Shown: positions 47,489-57,274 of the stretch, in pieces | Layout: each line of letters begins with the position of its first letter | Position numbering within the stretch: position 1 is the first letter of the stretch | NCBI RefSeq assembly: GCF_037482545.1 | Contig: NZ_JBBIAA010000001.1 | Coordinates: 321,226 to 385,225, forward strand | From: Pseudokineococcus basanitobsidens | GTDB taxonomy: Bacteria > Actinomycetota > Actinomycetes > Actinomycetales > Quadrisphaeraceae | DNA: 64,000 bases | Direction: 5' to 3' | The notes under the pieces: model-generated | Databases searched by the model: none | The model's input: only the letters and a program-made list of their open reading frames with translations | Told to the model about the DNA's origin: nothing | Position numbers and translations under genes: made by a program

Positions 47489-48292
47489 GTGGTCGCCATC
47501 GGGGTGCAGCTCTGGACGGTGCGGGACCGCCTCGACGCCGACGTGGACGAGCTCTTCGCGGACCTCGCGTCCGCGGGCGCCGAGGTGGTGGAGCCCTTCG
47601 GGCTGGGCGACCCGGACGTCGCGCCGGGGACGCGGGTGGAGCAGGCCGGGCGGCTGGCGCGCAGCGCGGCCGCCGCGGGGCTCGCCGTCGTCTCCGCGCA
47701 CGCCTTCCTGCCCCCGGCGGACCGGGCCTCCGAGCTCGTCGACGAGATGGGGGCCCTGGGCGCGGGGACCGCGGTGGCCGCCACCCCCGACAGCCTCGCC
47801 GGCTTCTCGCGCGAGGCCCTGACGACCACCACGTCCGTGGTCCGCTACGCGCAGGCCCTCGACGCCCTGGCGGAGGCCTGCTCCGGCCAGGGGCTCCGGG
47901 TCGGCTACCACAACCACGCGTGGGAGTGGGCCCGGACGGAGGACGGGGAGCCGGCCTACGACCGCCTCTGGCGAGAGCTCTCCCCGCTCGTCGTCGCCGA
48001 GGTGGACCTGCTGTGGGCGGCCGCGGCCGGCCAGGACGTCGTCGAGGTCGTCGCGCGGCTGGGGGACCGCGTGCGCCTCCTGCACGCGGGGGACGCCTCG
48101 CCCGCCGGCAACCCGGAGCACCAGCTGCCGTCGGGGCAGGGCGACGTCCCGCTGGCGGCCGCGCTCGCGCGTGCGCCGGGGGTCGAGGCCCTCCTCGTCG
48201 AGGCGACGACGCCGCCGCCGGGCCGCACCGCCCTCGACCTCGTCCGGGACAGCATCACCTGGCTCGCCGCACGGGTGCCGCCGGCGCGCTGA
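47489..48292 (+). CDS. sugar phosphate isomerase/epimerase (xylose-isomerase-like TIM barrel, IolE/IolI-like)
   Basis: 267 aa with GLRVGYHNHAWEW and TIM-barrel AP-endonuclease-2 family features. Confidence 0.7.
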   Translation: MVAIGVQLWTVRDRLDADVDELFADLASAGAEVVEPFGLGDPDVAPGTRVEQAGRLARSAAAAGLAVVSAHAFLPPADRASELVDEMGALGAGTAVAATPDSLAGFSREALTTTTSVVRYAQALDALAEACSGQGLRVGYHNHAWEWARTEDGEPAYDRLWRELSPLVVAEVDLLWAAAAGQDVVEVVARLGDRVRLLHAGDASPAGNPEHQLPSGQGDVPLAAALARAPGVEALLVEATTPPPGRTALDLVRDSITWLAARVPPAR

Positions 48293-48378
48293 CCCCGTCC
48301 GCCCACCGGGCCGCGGACGCGTCCCGGTGAGGAGCGCCCGCGCGGTGCTCGACCGCACCCGACGACACAGGAGGACCC

Positions 48379-49542
48379 GTGGACGACCCCGGTGACGCCC
48401 CCACCCGCGTGGCGCTCGTCGGCGCCGGCAACATCGCCGGCCCGTACGCGCAGAGCCTCGCCCGCCACCCCGAGCTCCGCCTCGTCGGCGTGCACGACGT
48501 CGACGGGGGCCGGGCCCGCGACCTCGCCGCCGCGACCGGCTGCCGGGCCTACGCGTCGCCGGCCGAGCTGGCCGACGACGGGGTCGACGTCGCGGTCAAC
48601 CTCACCAGCGCCCCGCACCACTTCGCGACCACGCGCGAGCTGGTCCGGCTCGGGCTCGACGTGTTCAGCGAGAAGCCGCTCGCGCTGAACGCGGAGGAGG
48701 CGCGCGAGCTGGTCGCCCTCGCGCGGGCGACGTCGGTCCGGGTCGCCTGCGCGCCCTCCCTGTGGCTGGGGCGCTCCTACCAGGAGGTCGGGGCCCGCCT
48801 GCGCGAGGGCGAGCTGGGGGCGGTCCGGCTCGTCACCGCGGAGGTGCACCAGGGACGCATCGAGACCTGGCACCCGTCGCCCGCCGCCTTCTTCCGCGTC
48901 GGGCCCGTCGTCGACACGGGCGTGTACGCGCTCGCGTACGTCACCGCGACGCTCGGGCCGGTCCGCCGCGTGCAGGCGACGTCCGCCAGGCTGCTGCCCG
49001 AGCGCACGTCCTCGGCGGGGGAGGCCGTCGAGACGGCCACCGACGACGCGTGGCTGGTGTCGGCCGTGCTGGGGAGCGGCGCGCTGCTCCGGCTGACCTG
49101 CGACTTCTACGTCGACGCCGAGACGGTGCCGCGGGGGGTCGCCTTCCACGGCGACCGCGGCAGCCTGCGCCTCCTCGACCTCTTCGCGCCGGACGCCGCC
49201 GTCGAGCGGGCGGTCGCGGGCGAGCCGTTCGTCGCCGAGGCCCCGGGCGACGCGCTCGAGCTGGACTGGGCCCTGGGGGTCCTCGACCTGGCGCGCGCCC
49301 GCCGGCGGGGGCGTCCCCACCGGCTGTCCGTCGAGCACGCCGGGCACGTCGTCGACGTGCTCGAGGCGGTGGGCCGCTCCGCGGCGACGGGGGCGGCGGT
49401 GGAGGTCACGTCGTCCTTCGAGCTGCCGGCCCTCGACCCGCCCGCGCGTCGCGACGACCCGCTCGGCACCGACGGCCCGCTCGGAGCCGACCGCCCGGCG
49501 GGCGCGGGCACGGGGGAGGAGGAGGGGGCGCGCCCGGGCTGA
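48379..49542 (+). CDS. Gfo/Idh/MocA family oxidoreductase (inositol-dehydrogenase-like)
   Basis: RVALVGAGNIAGPYAQSLARHPELRLVGVHD Rossmann N-terminus. GTG preceded by CAGGAGGACCC. Confidence 0.75.
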   Translation: MDDPGDAPTRVALVGAGNIAGPYAQSLARHPELRLVGVHDVDGGRARDLAAATGCRAYASPAELADDGVDVAVNLTSAPHHFATTRELVRLGLDVFSEKPLALNAEEARELVALARATSVRVACAPSLWLGRSYQEVGARLREGELGAVRLVTAEVHQGRIETWHPSPAAFFRVGPVVDTGVYALAYVTATLGPVRRVQATSARLLPERTSSAGEAVETATDDAWLVSAVLGSGALLRLTCDFYVDAETVPRGVAFHGDRGSLRLLDLFAPDAAVERAVAGEPFVAEAPGDALELDWALGVLDLARARRRGRPHRLSVEHAGHVVDVLEAVGRSAATGAAVEVTSSFELPALDPPARRDDPLGTDGPLGADRPAGAGTGEEEGARPG

Positions 49543-49625
49543 GCGACGGGGCCGGTGCCCTCCGCCGGCCCCCCGGGGGTGCACACTCCCCGCCGGACAC
49601 CCGGGACGAGCGGAAGGGGCTGGCG

Positions 49626-50729
49626 GTGGCGACGACGCGCTCGTCCCGCCCCACCGTCTACGACGTCGCCGACCGGGCCGGCGTCTCCATCGCCACGGTC
49701 TCGCGCGTCCTCCGCCGCCCGGAGACGGTCTCGCCGGGGGCGACGCGACGCGTGCTGGACGCGGTCCGCGACCTCGGCTACGTCCCCAGCGGGAGCGCCC
49801 GCGGCCTCGCCGCCCGGCGGTCCGGCGCCATCGGCGTCGCCTTCCCCGCCTTCGACGACGTCGCGGAGATCGACCCGGTGCCACTGTCCGACGTCCCCGC
49901 CACCATGCGCCTGGACCCGGCGGAGGCGGCCGAGCCCGTCACCAACCTCTACATGGGCGAGGTGACGCGGGGTGTCGAGCTCGAGGCGTGGCGGCACGGC
50001 CTGTTCGCCACGGTCGCGGTCGCGCGCGGGGAGCGTCGCGACGCCGCCCTGGAGGACCTGGCCGGCCGCGTCGACGGGCTGGTCGTCCTGGCGGGGACGA
50101 CGCCCCCCGAGGTTCTCGTCCGCGTCGCCCGCAGCACGCCCGTCGTCGTCGTCGCGAGCCCCCGGGGGGAGGACCCCCTCGACCACGTGCGGACGGCCAA
50201 CGGCCCCGGCATGCGAGCGCTCGTCGAGCACCTGCTCGACCACCACGGGCTGCGCGACGTCGCCTTCGTGGGCGGTGTCGCGGACGTCCCGGACGACCTC
50301 GAGCGCTTCGCCGGGTTCGGCGAGGCCCTCGCCTCCCGGGGCCTGCCCGTGCCCGCGGCGCCGCTGCTGCGGGGGGACTTCACCGAGGAGCGCGGCCGTG
50401 CCCTCGCGCGAGGGCTCGTCGACGCGGGGCGGGTGCCGGAGGCCCTCGTCTGCTCCAACGACCAGACGGCACTGGGCGTCGTCGACGTGCTGCAGCGTGC
50501 CGGCGTCCGCGTCCCCGGGGACGTCGTCGTCACCGGTTTCGACGGCATCGACGCCGCGGGCCGCTCGCGACCGCGCTTGACGACGGTGCACCAGCCCATG
50601 GCGGAGCTCGGGCGCGTCGCCGTCGACGTCCTCCTGCGCCGGCTGGCCGACCCCGCGGCGCCGCTCGAGGACAGGGTGCTGCCCGTCCAGGTGCTCCTGC
50701 GCGAGAGCTGCGGCTGCCTGCGCGCCTGA
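49626..50729 (+). CDS. LacI family transcriptional regulator
   Basis: HTH (TVYDVADRAGVSIATVSRVLR) plus a sugar-binding domain. The GTG start is in frame with the long ORF 48762..50729. Confidence 0.8.
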   Translation: MATTRSSRPTVYDVADRAGVSIATVSRVLRRPETVSPGATRRVLDAVRDLGYVPSGSARGLAARRSGAIGVAFPAFDDVAEIDPVPLSDVPATMRLDPAEAAEPVTNLYMGEVTRGVELEAWRHGLFATVAVARGERRDAALEDLAGRVDGLVVLAGTTPPEVLVRVARSTPVVVVASPRGEDPLDHVRTANGPGMRALVEHLLDHHGLRDVAFVGGVADVPDDLERFAGFGEALASRGLPVPAAPLLRGDFTEERGRALARGLVDAGRVPEALVCSNDQTALGVVDVLQRAGVRVPGDVVVTGFDGIDAAGRSRPRLTTVHQPMAELGRVAVDVLLRRLADPAAPLEDRVLPVQVLLRESCGCLRA

Positions 50730-50788
50730 GTCGTCCACATCTGCGGGCACCCGCCCGGGGGGCTGTCGCCCGCCCCTTGCCCCGGTGG

Positions 50789-50804
50789 ATGTATGCGCAT
50801 ACAT
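50789..50804. promoter_or_regulatory. perfect 16-bp palindrome ATGTATGCGCATACAT upstream of ABC operon
   Basis: Lies 71 bp upstream of the substrate-binding protein ATG at 50875 and 60 bp downstream of the LacI gene stop. Confidence 0.55.
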
Positions 50805-50874
50805 TCACGGCACGACACGGCGGGCGCCGACGACGGCGCCCCCGCTCGCGTGACGACGACGACACGGAGGAGAC

Positions 50875-52548
50875 GTGCCCATGAGGTCCACGAGGACGAC
50901 CACCCGCCCGCGACGCCTCACGGCGGCGACGGGCGTCGCGCTCGCCGCGGCGCTCGTCGTGAGCGGCTGCACCGGCGCGCAGGGGCCGCAGGGCTCCGGC
51001 GGGGCGGACGCCGCGGGGACGATGCTCTTCGCCGGCGACAACGGCTCGCCCAACTTCACGCGGAACTTCAACCCGTTCAACCCGACGGGGCGCAAGGGCG
51101 CGTTCCACATCTACGAGCCCCTGACGGTGCTCAACACGATCGACGGCGAGTCGACGCCCTTCCTCGCCGAGTCCGTCGAGCAGGTGGACCCGCAGACGGC
51201 CGTGTTCACGCTGCGCGAGGGCGTCACGTGGTCCGACGGCGAGCCGTTCACGGCCGACGACGTCACCTTCACGTTCCAGATGCTCAAGGACTTCCCGGCG
51301 CTCGACCTCGACGGCGTGTGGCAGCGGCTCGACTCCGTCGAGGCGGACGGCATGGACGTCACCATGCACTTCTCCGAGCCGGACGTCCCGGCCACGGACA
51401 TCGTCGGCGGCACCGTGATCGTCCCGCAGCACCTGTGGGCCGACGTCGAGGACCCGGTCTCCTACGCGGACGAGGACCCGGTGGGCACGGGGCCCTTCAC
51501 GCTCGGCAGCTACTCGGACACGCAGTACACGCTCGAGAAGAACCCGGACTACTGGCAGGCCGACCAGGTGGCGGCGGACGAGCTCGTCATCCCCGCCTCC
51601 AACGAGCAGCTGGACCTCGTCAACAAGGGGTACGACTGGGCCTACGCCTTCATCTCCGACGTCGAGAACACCTGGGTGGCCGCGAACGAGGGCAACACGT
51701 ACTGGTTCCCGCCGGGCGGGACCATCTCGCTGTACCCGAACCTCACGCAGGCGCCCTTCGACGACGTGGACTTCCGGCGAGGGCTGTCCCTGGCGCTGGA
51801 CCGCGAGTCCATCGCCGAGACCGCCGAGGAGGGCTACGTCGACGCCGCACCGCAGACGGGCCTTCTCCTGCCGGGCCAGGAGGACCTGACCGACGGCGAC
51901 ATCCCGAACGGCGGGGAGGTCGCGCAGGACACGGACGCGGCGCTGGAGGCCTTCGCCGCCGCCGGCTACACCCAGCAGGGCGGCACGCTCGTCGGGCCGG
52001 ACGGGCAGCCCGTGACGCTGTCCATCACGACGGCGAACGGCTACACGGACTGGCTGCGCGGCGTCCAGGAGGTGCAGCGGCAGCTGCAGGCGATCGGCAT
52101 CGCCGTGACGATCGAGCAGCCGCAGGCCGCCGCCTACCAGCAGGCGATCAACAACGGCGACTTCCAGCTCGCCATGGGCGGCTTCGGCGGGACCGGCTCG
52201 TACTACCGCGACATGAACCAGCTGCTGAGCAGCGAGTTCCTCCAGCCCGTCGGCACGGCCGCGTCCTCGAACTTCCAGCGCTTCTCGGACCCGCAGGTGG
52301 ACGAGATCCTCGCGCAGTACCAGGCGGCGACCGACCCGGCCGAGCAGGCGGAGCTGGCCGGGCAGCTGCAGGAGGTCATGTACGACCAGGTCCCCGTGAT
52401 CGCCATGTTCTACGGCGGGCTGTGGGGCCTGTTCAGCGACGAGAAGTTCACCGGGTGGCCCTCGGACGAGGACCCGTACGCGACGCCCATCACGTACGAC
52501 TCCAACGTGCTGCTCATCGACACGAACCTCGAGCGCGCCGGGAGCTGA
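50875..52548 (+). CDS. ABC transporter substrate-binding lipoprotein, family 5 (Opp/Dpp-type, oligosaccharide/peptide)
   Basis: 557 aa. Has a signal peptide plus lipobox (VVSGCT) and the SBP_bac_5 fold. Confidence 0.85.
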   Translation: MPMRSTRTTTRPRRLTAATGVALAAALVVSGCTGAQGPQGSGGADAAGTMLFAGDNGSPNFTRNFNPFNPTGRKGAFHIYEPLTVLNTIDGESTPFLAESVEQVDPQTAVFTLREGVTWSDGEPFTADDVTFTFQMLKDFPALDLDGVWQRLDSVEADGMDVTMHFSEPDVPATDIVGGTVIVPQHLWADVEDPVSYADEDPVGTGPFTLGSYSDTQYTLEKNPDYWQADQVAADELVIPASNEQLDLVNKGYDWAYAFISDVENTWVAANEGNTYWFPPGGTISLYPNLTQAPFDDVDFRRGLSLALDRESIAETAEEGYVDAAPQTGLLLPGQEDLTDGDIPNGGEVAQDTDAALEAFAAAGYTQQGGTLVGPDGQPVTLSITTANGYTDWLRGVQEVQRQLQAIGIAVTIEQPQAAAYQQAINNGDFQLAMGGFGGTGSYYRDMNQLLSSEFLQPVGTAASSNFQRFSDPQVDEILAQYQAATDPAEQAELAGQLQEVMYDQVPVIAMFYGGLWGLFSDEKFTGWPSDEDPYATPITYDSNVLLIDTNLERAGS

Positions 52549-52634
52549 TCCCGCCCCCGTCCCCGCGCGGCCGGCCGTCCCCCGCGGCCGGCCACGCGGC
52601 CCCTCCCTCGCCCTCACGAGAGGTGGTGGTCCCC

Positions 52635-53615
52635 GTGCGCTACTTCGCGCGCCGGCTCGGCCTGTTCGCGCTCACCGCGTGGGCCGCGATCACGCTGAAC
52701 TTCCTCCTGCCCCGGCTGATGCCGGGCTCCCCGGCCGACGCCGCCATCGCCCGGCTGGCCCAGAACGGGCCCGTCGACGCCGCGACCCGCGCCGCGATCG
52801 AGTCCCAGCTCGGCGTCCCCACCGGGAGCACGCTCGCGCAGTACTGGGACTACCTCGGCAACGTCGTGACGCTCGACTTCGGCGTCTCCTACACCTTCTT
52901 CCCGCAGACGGTGTCCTCGCTCGTCGCCGGCGCGCTGCCCTTCACGCTCGTGCTCGTCGGGCTCGTCACGATCGCCGCCTTCGTCCTGGGCACCCTCGTC
53001 GGCGTCCTCGCGGCGTGGCGGCGCGGGACCCGGCTGGACGCGCTGCCGACGCTGACGGGGAGCTTCCTCGCCGCCTTCCCGTACTTCTGGACGGCGCTGC
53101 TGCTCCTGTTCCTCCTCGGCTACACGCTCGGCCTGTTCCCGACGTCGGGCGCCTACAGCCCGTACACGACGCCGGGGCTCAACGCGCCCTTCCTCTCCGA
53201 CGCCGTCGCGCACGCGGCGCTGCCGGCGCTGACGATCCTCATCACCTCGCTCGGCGGGTGGATCCTCGGCATGCGCAACGCGATGATCGGCACGCTCGGG
53301 GACGACTACGTCACCTTCGCCGAGGCGAACGGGCTGCGGTCGCGGACCGTGGCGCTGCGCTACGCCGCCCGCAACGCCATCCTCCCGAACCTCACCGGCT
53401 TCGGCCTCGCGCTCGGCGGGGTGGTCGGCGGGTCGCTGCTCGTGGAGCAGGTCTTCGCCTACCCCGGCGTCGGGTACCTGCTCTACAACGCGGTGACCAA
53501 CCAGGACTACCCGCTCATGCAGGCCCTGTTCCTGATGATCACGTTGAGCGTCCTCGTCGCGAACGTCGTCGTCGACACGCTCTACGGGATCCTCGACCCG
53601 AGGACTCGCCGATGA
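52635..53615 (+). CDS. ABC transporter permease (DppB/OppB-like)
   Basis: GTG after GAGAGG. Six TM helices in the BPD_transp_1 arrangement. Confidence 0.85.
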   Translation: MRYFARRLGLFALTAWAAITLNFLLPRLMPGSPADAAIARLAQNGPVDAATRAAIESQLGVPTGSTLAQYWDYLGNVVTLDFGVSYTFFPQTVSSLVAGALPFTLVLVGLVTIAAFVLGTLVGVLAAWRRGTRLDALPTLTGSFLAAFPYFWTALLLLFLLGYTLGLFPTSGAYSPYTTPGLNAPFLSDAVAHAALPALTILITSLGGWILGMRNAMIGTLGDDYVTFAEANGLRSRTVALRYAARNAILPNLTGFGLALGGVVGGSLLVEQVFAYPGVGYLLYNAVTNQDYPLMQALFLMITLSVLVANVVVDTLYGILDPRTRR

Positions 53616-54577
53616 CCACGCCCACGACGCTCCCCGACCCCGGCGGTGCCGAGAGCGAGCGCCCCGCAGGGGCTCCCGACTCGGCGCCGCCGGACCTGCC
53701 GACCGGCGCGCCGCCCCGGTGGAAGGTCGTCACCCGCGCCGGCGCCACGATCTGGGTCAACCGGAAGGCGCGGCTCGGCCTGGTCGTCCTCGCCTTCTTC
53801 CTGCTCGTCGCCGTCCTGGCGCCGGTGCTGGCGCCCTACGGGCCGACCGTCAACGACTTCGAGCGCAGCGCGGGGCCGAGCGGCGCCCACTGGTTCGGGA
53901 CGACGGCGGCCGGCGAGGACGTGCTGTCGCAGGTGATCTACGGCGCCCGGATCTCGCTGCTCGTCGGCTTCGTCGCCGGCGCGCTGTCCACGGTCGTCGC
54001 CGTCGTCGTCGGCCTGTCCTGGGGCTACGTGCGGGGCTGGGCCGCCGACGTCGTCAACTTCGTCGTCAACCTGTTCCTCGTCATCCCCGGGCTGCCGCTG
54101 ATGATCGTCATCGCGGCCTACCTGCAGAACAGCGGGCTCGGCATGATCATCTTCGTCGTCGTCCTCACCGGCTGGGCGTTCGGGGCCCGGGTGCTGCGGT
54201 CGCAGACCCAGTCCCTGCGCGGGCGGGACTTCGTGACGGCCGCCCAGTTCTCCGGCGAGAGCTCGGCCCGGGTGGTCTTCCGGGAGATCTTGCCGAACAT
54301 GACGTCCATCATCGCGAGCAGCTTCTTCGGCGCCGCGACGGCGGCGATCCTCGCCGAGTCCGGCCTGTCCTTCCTCGGCCTCGGGGACACCACCCAGGTG
54401 AGCTGGGGGACGATGCTGTTCTGGGCGCAGAACTCCAACGCGCTGCTCACCGGCCAGTGGGTGCTGCTGCTCGCGCCGGGCCTGTGCATCGCCCTGCTGG
54501 CGACCTCGCTGTCCCTCGTCAACTTCGGGGTGGACGGCCTGTCCAACCCCCGCCTGCGGGAGGGGAGCGGACGATGA
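53612..54577 (+). CDS. ABC transporter permease (DppC/OppC-like)
   Basis: ATGA overlap with the upstream stop. Has an OppC N-terminal region and TM helices. Confidence 0.85.
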   Translation: MTTPTTLPDPGGAESERPAGAPDSAPPDLPTGAPPRWKVVTRAGATIWVNRKARLGLVVLAFFLLVAVLAPVLAPYGPTVNDFERSAGPSGAHWFGTTAAGEDVLSQVIYGARISLLVGFVAGALSTVVAVVVGLSWGYVRGWAADVVNFVVNLFLVIPGLPLMIVIAAYLQNSGLGMIIFVVVLTGWAFGARVLRSQTQSLRGRDFVTAAQFSGESSARVVFREILPNMTSIIASSFFGAATAAILAESGLSFLGLGDTTQVSWGTMLFWAQNSNALLTGQWVLLLAPGLCIALLATSLSLVNFGVDGLSNPRLREGSGR

Positions 54578-56262
54578 GCCTGCTCGAGGTCCAGGACCTG
54601 TCCGTCGTCTACGAGCCGTCCGACGCGCCGGCCACGCACGCCGTCCGCGACGTCTCCTTCTCCCTCGAGAAGGGCGAGTTCGTCGGCCTCGTCGGCGAGT
54701 CCGGCTCCGGCAAGTCGACGCTCGGCTTCGCGCTCACCCGCCTCGCCAAGCCGCCGGCCCGGATCTCCGGCGGGCGCATCCTCTTCGGCGGCGAGGACGT
54801 CGCCGCCCTCGAGGACGAGGCGCTGCGCGCCCAGCGCCGGGGCGGCTTCGCCATGGTGCTGCAGTCCGGCATGAACGCCCTCAACCCGGTGCGGACCGTG
54901 GCGAACCACTTCCGCGACGTCTTCGCCGCCCACGGCCACGTGCCGCGCGAGCGCCGCGACGCCCGGGCGCAAGAGCTGGTCGAGAAGGTCGAGCTGTCGC
55001 CCTCGGTGCTGACCCGCTACCCCGGAGAGCTGTCCGGCGGCATGCGCCAGCGCGTGTCGATCGCGCTGGCGCTGGCGCTCGAGCCGCAGCTCATGGTCTT
55101 CGACGAGCCGACGACGGCGCTCGACGTCCTCGTCCAGCACGCCGTCATGGGCACCATCCGCGACCTCCAGGCCGAGGAGGGCTTCACCGCCCTGCTCATC
55201 AGCCACGACCTCGGGGTCGTGCTGGAGTCGACCTCGCGCGTCATGGTCATGCACGAGGGGGAGATGGTCGAGGACGCCCCGAGCCGTGCGGTGCTGCGGG
55301 ACCCCCAGGACGACTACACGCGGATGCTGCTCAGCCACTACGCCGACCCCCGGGCCGAGGTCGTCGAGCTGCCGGGCCTGTCCGCCCGCGGCGGGGAGCT
55401 CGTGACGTCGTCGGGCTCCGCGGCGGAGCGCGGAGGCGGCGTCGCGCGCGCCGGGCGCACCGCGCACGAGCCCGTCGTCGTCGACGGAGTCAGCAAGATC
55501 TACCCCCCGCCGCGGCGCGGGGCCGCCGAGGTGGTTGCCCTCGACGACGTGTCGGTCCGGCTGGAGCCGGGGCGCTCGATGGCGCTCGTGGGGGCCAGCG
55601 GGTCCGGCAAGTCGACGCTCGCCCAGCTCATCACCGGGGTCACGCGCCCGACCTCCGGCACGATCTCCTTCGGGGACGTGCGGGTGGACCGGCTGCGGCG
55701 GCGCGGCCTGCGCGAGCTGCGGCGCGACGTCCAGATGGTCTTCCAGGACCCGTACGCGGCGCTCAACCCGCTGCACACCGTGGAGTACTCGCTCACCCGC
55801 CCGGTGATGAACTACACGGGCCGGGACCGGCGCGAGGCCCGCACCCGGGTCCTCGAGCTGCTGGAGACGGTGGGGCTCACGCCCGTCGAGCAGTTCGCCG
55901 CCAAGCTGCCGCACCAGCTCTCGGGCGGCCAGCGCCAGCGCGTCGTCATCGCCCGGGCGCTCGCGAGCGACCCGCAGGTCATCGTCGCGGACGAGCCGGT
56001 CTCGATGCTCGACGTCTCGCTGCGCGCCGGCGTGCTCGCTCTGCTGGAGGACCTGAGGGTGCAGCACGGCGTCTCGATGCTGTACATCACGCACGACCTG
56101 CTCTCGGCGCGGGTCGTCACCGACGAGATCGTCGTGCTGCACGACGGCCGGGTCGTCGAGCGCGGCGAGACCTCGCAGGTCCTGCGCTTCCCGCAGGACC
56201 CGTACACCGTCGAGCTGCTCGACGCCGTGCCGCAGCCGGGCCGGGCGGAGGGGGCGGCGTGA
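54574..56262 (+). CDS. ABC transporter ATP-binding protein, fused tandem ATPase (DppD-DppF type)
   Basis: Two Walker A motifs (GESGSGKST, GASGSGKST) and two LSGG signature motifs. Translationally coupled upstream and downstream. Confidence 0.85.
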   Translation: MSLLEVQDLSVVYEPSDAPATHAVRDVSFSLEKGEFVGLVGESGSGKSTLGFALTRLAKPPARISGGRILFGGEDVAALEDEALRAQRRGGFAMVLQSGMNALNPVRTVANHFRDVFAAHGHVPRERRDARAQELVEKVELSPSVLTRYPGELSGGMRQRVSIALALALEPQLMVFDEPTTALDVLVQHAVMGTIRDLQAEEGFTALLISHDLGVVLESTSRVMVMHEGEMVEDAPSRAVLRDPQDDYTRMLLSHYADPRAEVVELPGLSARGGELVTSSGSAAERGGGVARAGRTAHEPVVVDGVSKIYPPPRRGAAEVVALDDVSVRLEPGRSMALVGASGSGKSTLAQLITGVTRPTSGTISFGDVRVDRLRRRGLRELRRDVQMVFQDPYAALNPLHTVEYSLTRPVMNYTGRDRREARTRVLELLETVGLTPVEQFAAKLPHQLSGGQRQRVVIARALASDPQVIVADEPVSMLDVSLRAGVLALLEDLRVQHGVSMLYITHDLLSARVVTDEIVVLHDGRVVERGETSQVLRFPQDPYTVELLDAVPQPGRAEGAA

Positions 56263-57209
56263 GCTCCGCCGGCGACCCCGAGGGCCTGCCGCCGGGCGTC
56301 CGCCGCGGCCGGCCGCTGGGGGCGCTGCCCGTGCCGGACGGCGTCGAGGTGCTCGTGCTCGACGCCGCCGTCGGTCCGTTGACGGCGGCGCGGGCCCGTC
56401 CGCGCGGCGCCGACGGAGCCCTCGTCGAGCCGCGTGGCGCCGCGGTGCTCGTGCCCGGCTTCACGGGCTCCAAGGAGGACTTCTTCGACCTGCTCCCGCG
56501 GCTCGCCGCCGCCGGGTGGGACGCGTGGGCGTACTCCCAACGCGGGCAGGCCGACTCGACGTGGTCGCCCGACGACGCCGGCGGCGGGCGCGGCACCGGC
56601 TACCTGCTACCGGACCTCGCCGGCGACGCCGTCGAGGTGTGCCGTCTCGTCGGGGCCGGAGCCGGCCCGCGGGGCGGGAGAGGGCAGCGCGTGCACCTGC
56701 TCGGCCACAGCTTCGGCGGTGTCGTCGCCCGGGCGGCCGCGGTGACGGCACCCGAGACGCTCGCCAGCCTGACGATGCTCTGCTCCGGGCCGCACGGCTG
56801 GCTCGGGCGCAAGGCGGACCTCCCGCCGCGCCTGGCCGCGGCCGGGGGCCGCAGCCTCTGGGCGCTGGAGGAGACCGAGCTCGCCGGGCGCCCGCCCGAG
56901 GACCTCGAGCCGCTCGACGCCTTCCTGCGCCTGCGCTCGGAGCGCACGTCCACGGCGGCGCTGCTCGGGGCCGTGCAGGTGCTCGCGAGCACGCAGGACA
57001 CGACGGACGTGCTCGCCGCGACCGGCCTGCCGGTGCTGGTCGCCCACGGCGAGGACGACGACGCCTGGCCGCAGCCGTGGCAGCGGGCCATGGCCGAGCG
57101 GCTGGGGGCCCGGCACGCCGTCGTCCCCGGCGCGGGCCACCTGCCCGCCGCGGAGAACCCGGCCGCCACCGCCGCCCTCCTCGACGACTTCTGGTCGGCG
57201 CTCGCCTAG
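56259..57209 (+). CDS. alpha/beta hydrolase fold protein
   Basis: GHSFGG nucleophile elbow. GTGA overlap with the ATPase stop. Confidence 0.7.
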   Translation: MSSAGDPEGLPPGVRRGRPLGALPVPDGVEVLVLDAAVGPLTAARARPRGADGALVEPRGAAVLVPGFTGSKEDFFDLLPRLAAAGWDAWAYSQRGQADSTWSPDDAGGGRGTGYLLPDLAGDAVEVCRLVGAGAGPRGGRGQRVHLLGHSFGGVVARAAAVTAPETLASLTMLCSGPHGWLGRKADLPPRLAAAGGRSLWALEETELAGRPPEDLEPLDAFLRLRSERTSTAALLGAVQVLASTQDTTDVLAATGLPVLVAHGEDDDAWPQPWQRAMAERLGARHAVVPGAGHLPAAENPAATAALLDDFWSALA

Positions 57210-57274
57210 GCGACGCCCCGGCCCGCCCGCACCGACCCCCGCGCCGACCCCGCACCGACACAGGAGCGCCACGC

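Noticed and set aside
47346-47822. ORFs beginning MYAHT... on both strands at 47346 and 50789 (47346..47822, 45790..47361, 49988..50884, 49107..50804).
   Set aside because: They start inside the ATGTAyGCGCATACAT palindromes, which encode M-Y-A-H-T in either orientation. The remainder is low-complexity. The sulfatase is called instead from the internal GTG at 47265.
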